From NCBI GenBank assembly GCA_045639745.1, contig JAZUDQ010000034.1, positions 1 to 31,567 on the forward strand: 31,567 bases of DNA, read 5' to 3'. Shown in pieces: positions 30,413 to 31,567 of this stretch. The stretch is from Lachnospiraceae bacterium. GTDB lineage: Bacteria > Bacillota > Clostridia > Lachnospirales > Lachnospiraceae. A program made the position numbers and the translations under genes. The notes below the pieces were generated by a model. That model made no database searches, was not told where the DNA came from, and saw only the letters and a list, made by a program, of their open reading frames with translations. The first letter of the stretch is position 1; each line of letters opens with the position of its first letter.

Positions 30413-31567
30413 ATGAAGAAATATATCAATATTTTATTTACTGTTCTTGTCCTTGCAACATGGATTTCAGGTTGCGCACTATCCGATAAAGCAAATAACG
30501 ATTGGACAGTTTCTGCAAACAACTTGCTTGATGCGGCAATAACCGAGGAAAACCTAAACGAGTTCTACCTGAACGGAGTCATTTACTCATTTCCGTGTGA
30601 AGTAAAAACCTTTCTCGACAACGGTTGGTACATTGCCAATATCTCACCCGATGAAATCCTGGATGCAGGAAGTTACAGTGACAACGACAAGATTGCTCTT
30701 AGAAATCAGAATAATAATCAGATAATCATTTATGTATGCAATTGGTCTGACAAGCCGGTCAGCGTAAAAGATGCCTCTGTCTACGGACTCCTACTGGATT
30801 CTTCTTCGGGAAATGTAATGACCTCCGGAGGATTTACAATAGGTGATACAAAGCTTACAGGTGATTCAATAATTTCATCATTTGTGAACGGAGGACTGGA
30901 ACCTTCCGTGTCCGGAAATGAATTCTTGCTGTACGGCAGCACCGAAGATTATATGATAAAAACGTCATTTGGCTTTGTTCCGAATTCAACCGAATATTGT
31001 CTGAACTCGATTGAATACTCCTATTATATGTACAACTTCACACAAGACGTTGAGAATATCATAAATGCATTTGCTTTTAACGATCCTTCTTTATTAATCA
31101 GACAATGGTTTAATGATTCATCCCCCGAAGAATTTGTTGCCTCATATCGTGGCAATAACGGATATCTTACATGGGCGGTGTCAACAGCAATGGGTTTCAA
31201 ATTTGATGAATTCACACAAGAGCAGACGGCCATGATTGACGAAATCATATCTGCCGCCTACAAAACCTGTTCATTAAACTTCACAGCATTAAATAACAAC
31301 TCCTGCGAAATATCCGGTTCTTCATGTAATATAGACGAAATTGTCTATTGGGCACTTCAACGTCTGATAAATGACTATCCCGACCTTGATATAAGCAATT
31401 TTTCTTACTCAGACGATTGTTTCGAAAAAATGTGTGATGAAATGCTCGTAATTTATTCGGACGGTACTGTATCTCCCACAGACTTTACTTATATCGCAGA
31501 CAGAAATTCCGAATATATTTGGGATAATCTTGCATTTATCAGCGTAGGCATGGTTAATTACTTATAA
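30413..31567 (+). CDS. Lipoprotein of unknown family (paralog 2)
   Basis: 384 aa. Signal peptide with lipobox (MKKYINILFTVLVLATWISGC). AAGGAG RBS. The stop codon is the last triplet of the window. It is a paralog of 29084..30262. Confidence 0.8.
   Translation: MKKYINILFTVLVLATWISGCALSDKANNDWTVSANNLLDAAITEENLNEFYLNGVIYSFPCEVKTFLDNGWYIANISPDEILDAGSYSDNDKIALRNQNNNQIIIYVCNWSDKPVSVKDASVYGLLLDSSSGNVMTSGGFTIGDTKLTGDSIISSFVNGGLEPSVSGNEFLLYGSTEDYMIKTSFGFVPNSTEYCLNSIEYSYYMYNFTQDVENIINAFAFNDPSLLIRQWFNDSSPEEFVASYRGNNGYLTWAVSTAMGFKFDEFTQEQTAMIDEIISAAYKTCSLNFTALNNNSCEISGSSCNIDEIVYWALQRLINDYPDLDISNFSYSDDCFEKMCDEMLVIYSDGTVSPTDFTYIADRNSEYIWDNLAFISVGMVNYL

Overview
AT-rich chromosomal window of Firmicutes/Clostridia type, possibly a gut anaerobe of the Lachnospiraceae/Oscillospiraceae kind (an impression from protein families and synteny only). 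It is almost entirely housekeeping. Positions 1-25110 form one uninterrupted minus-strand gene train of 23 CDS. In transcription order: mtaB; then ireB-ruvX-DUF1292-rnj-ylbF-like-short mltG-like-O-methyltransferase (YrrM/TrmR-like)-U32 peptidase (YrrO/TrhP-like)-type III glutamine synthetase-acidic lipoprotein-cysK-GT4-Wzy/O-antigen-ligase-like-PHP phosphoesterase-D-2-hydroxyacid dehydrogenase-aminotransferase; then, after a recognisable promoter, LtaS-like sulfatase-metG-GNAT-YesL-rhomboid; then an msmK/ugpC-type ABC ATPase truncated by the window edge. The right-hand 6.5 kb has mixed orientation. It holds a small His15-less HPr-fold protein, a DJ-1/PfpI protein, a GSI-beta-type glnA, queT behind a strong promoter and a preQ1-I-like leader, ybaK, and two tandem paralogous lipoproteins of unknown family. 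I saw no rRNA, tRNA, CRISPR array, transposase, integrase or phage genes, and no self-contained defence, toxin-antitoxin or biosynthetic system I can defend from sequence alone. The least-explained content is the paralogous lipoprotein pair (29084-31567), the 630-aa acidic DUF3298-like lipoprotein, the rnj/YlbF-like coupling, the catalytic-domain-less MltG-like gene and several unusual operon junctions. The ORF track uses GTG/TTG as well as ATG starts, so I moved several starts to RBS-supported codons. Coordinates of small motifs were counted by hand and may be off by 1-2 nt.
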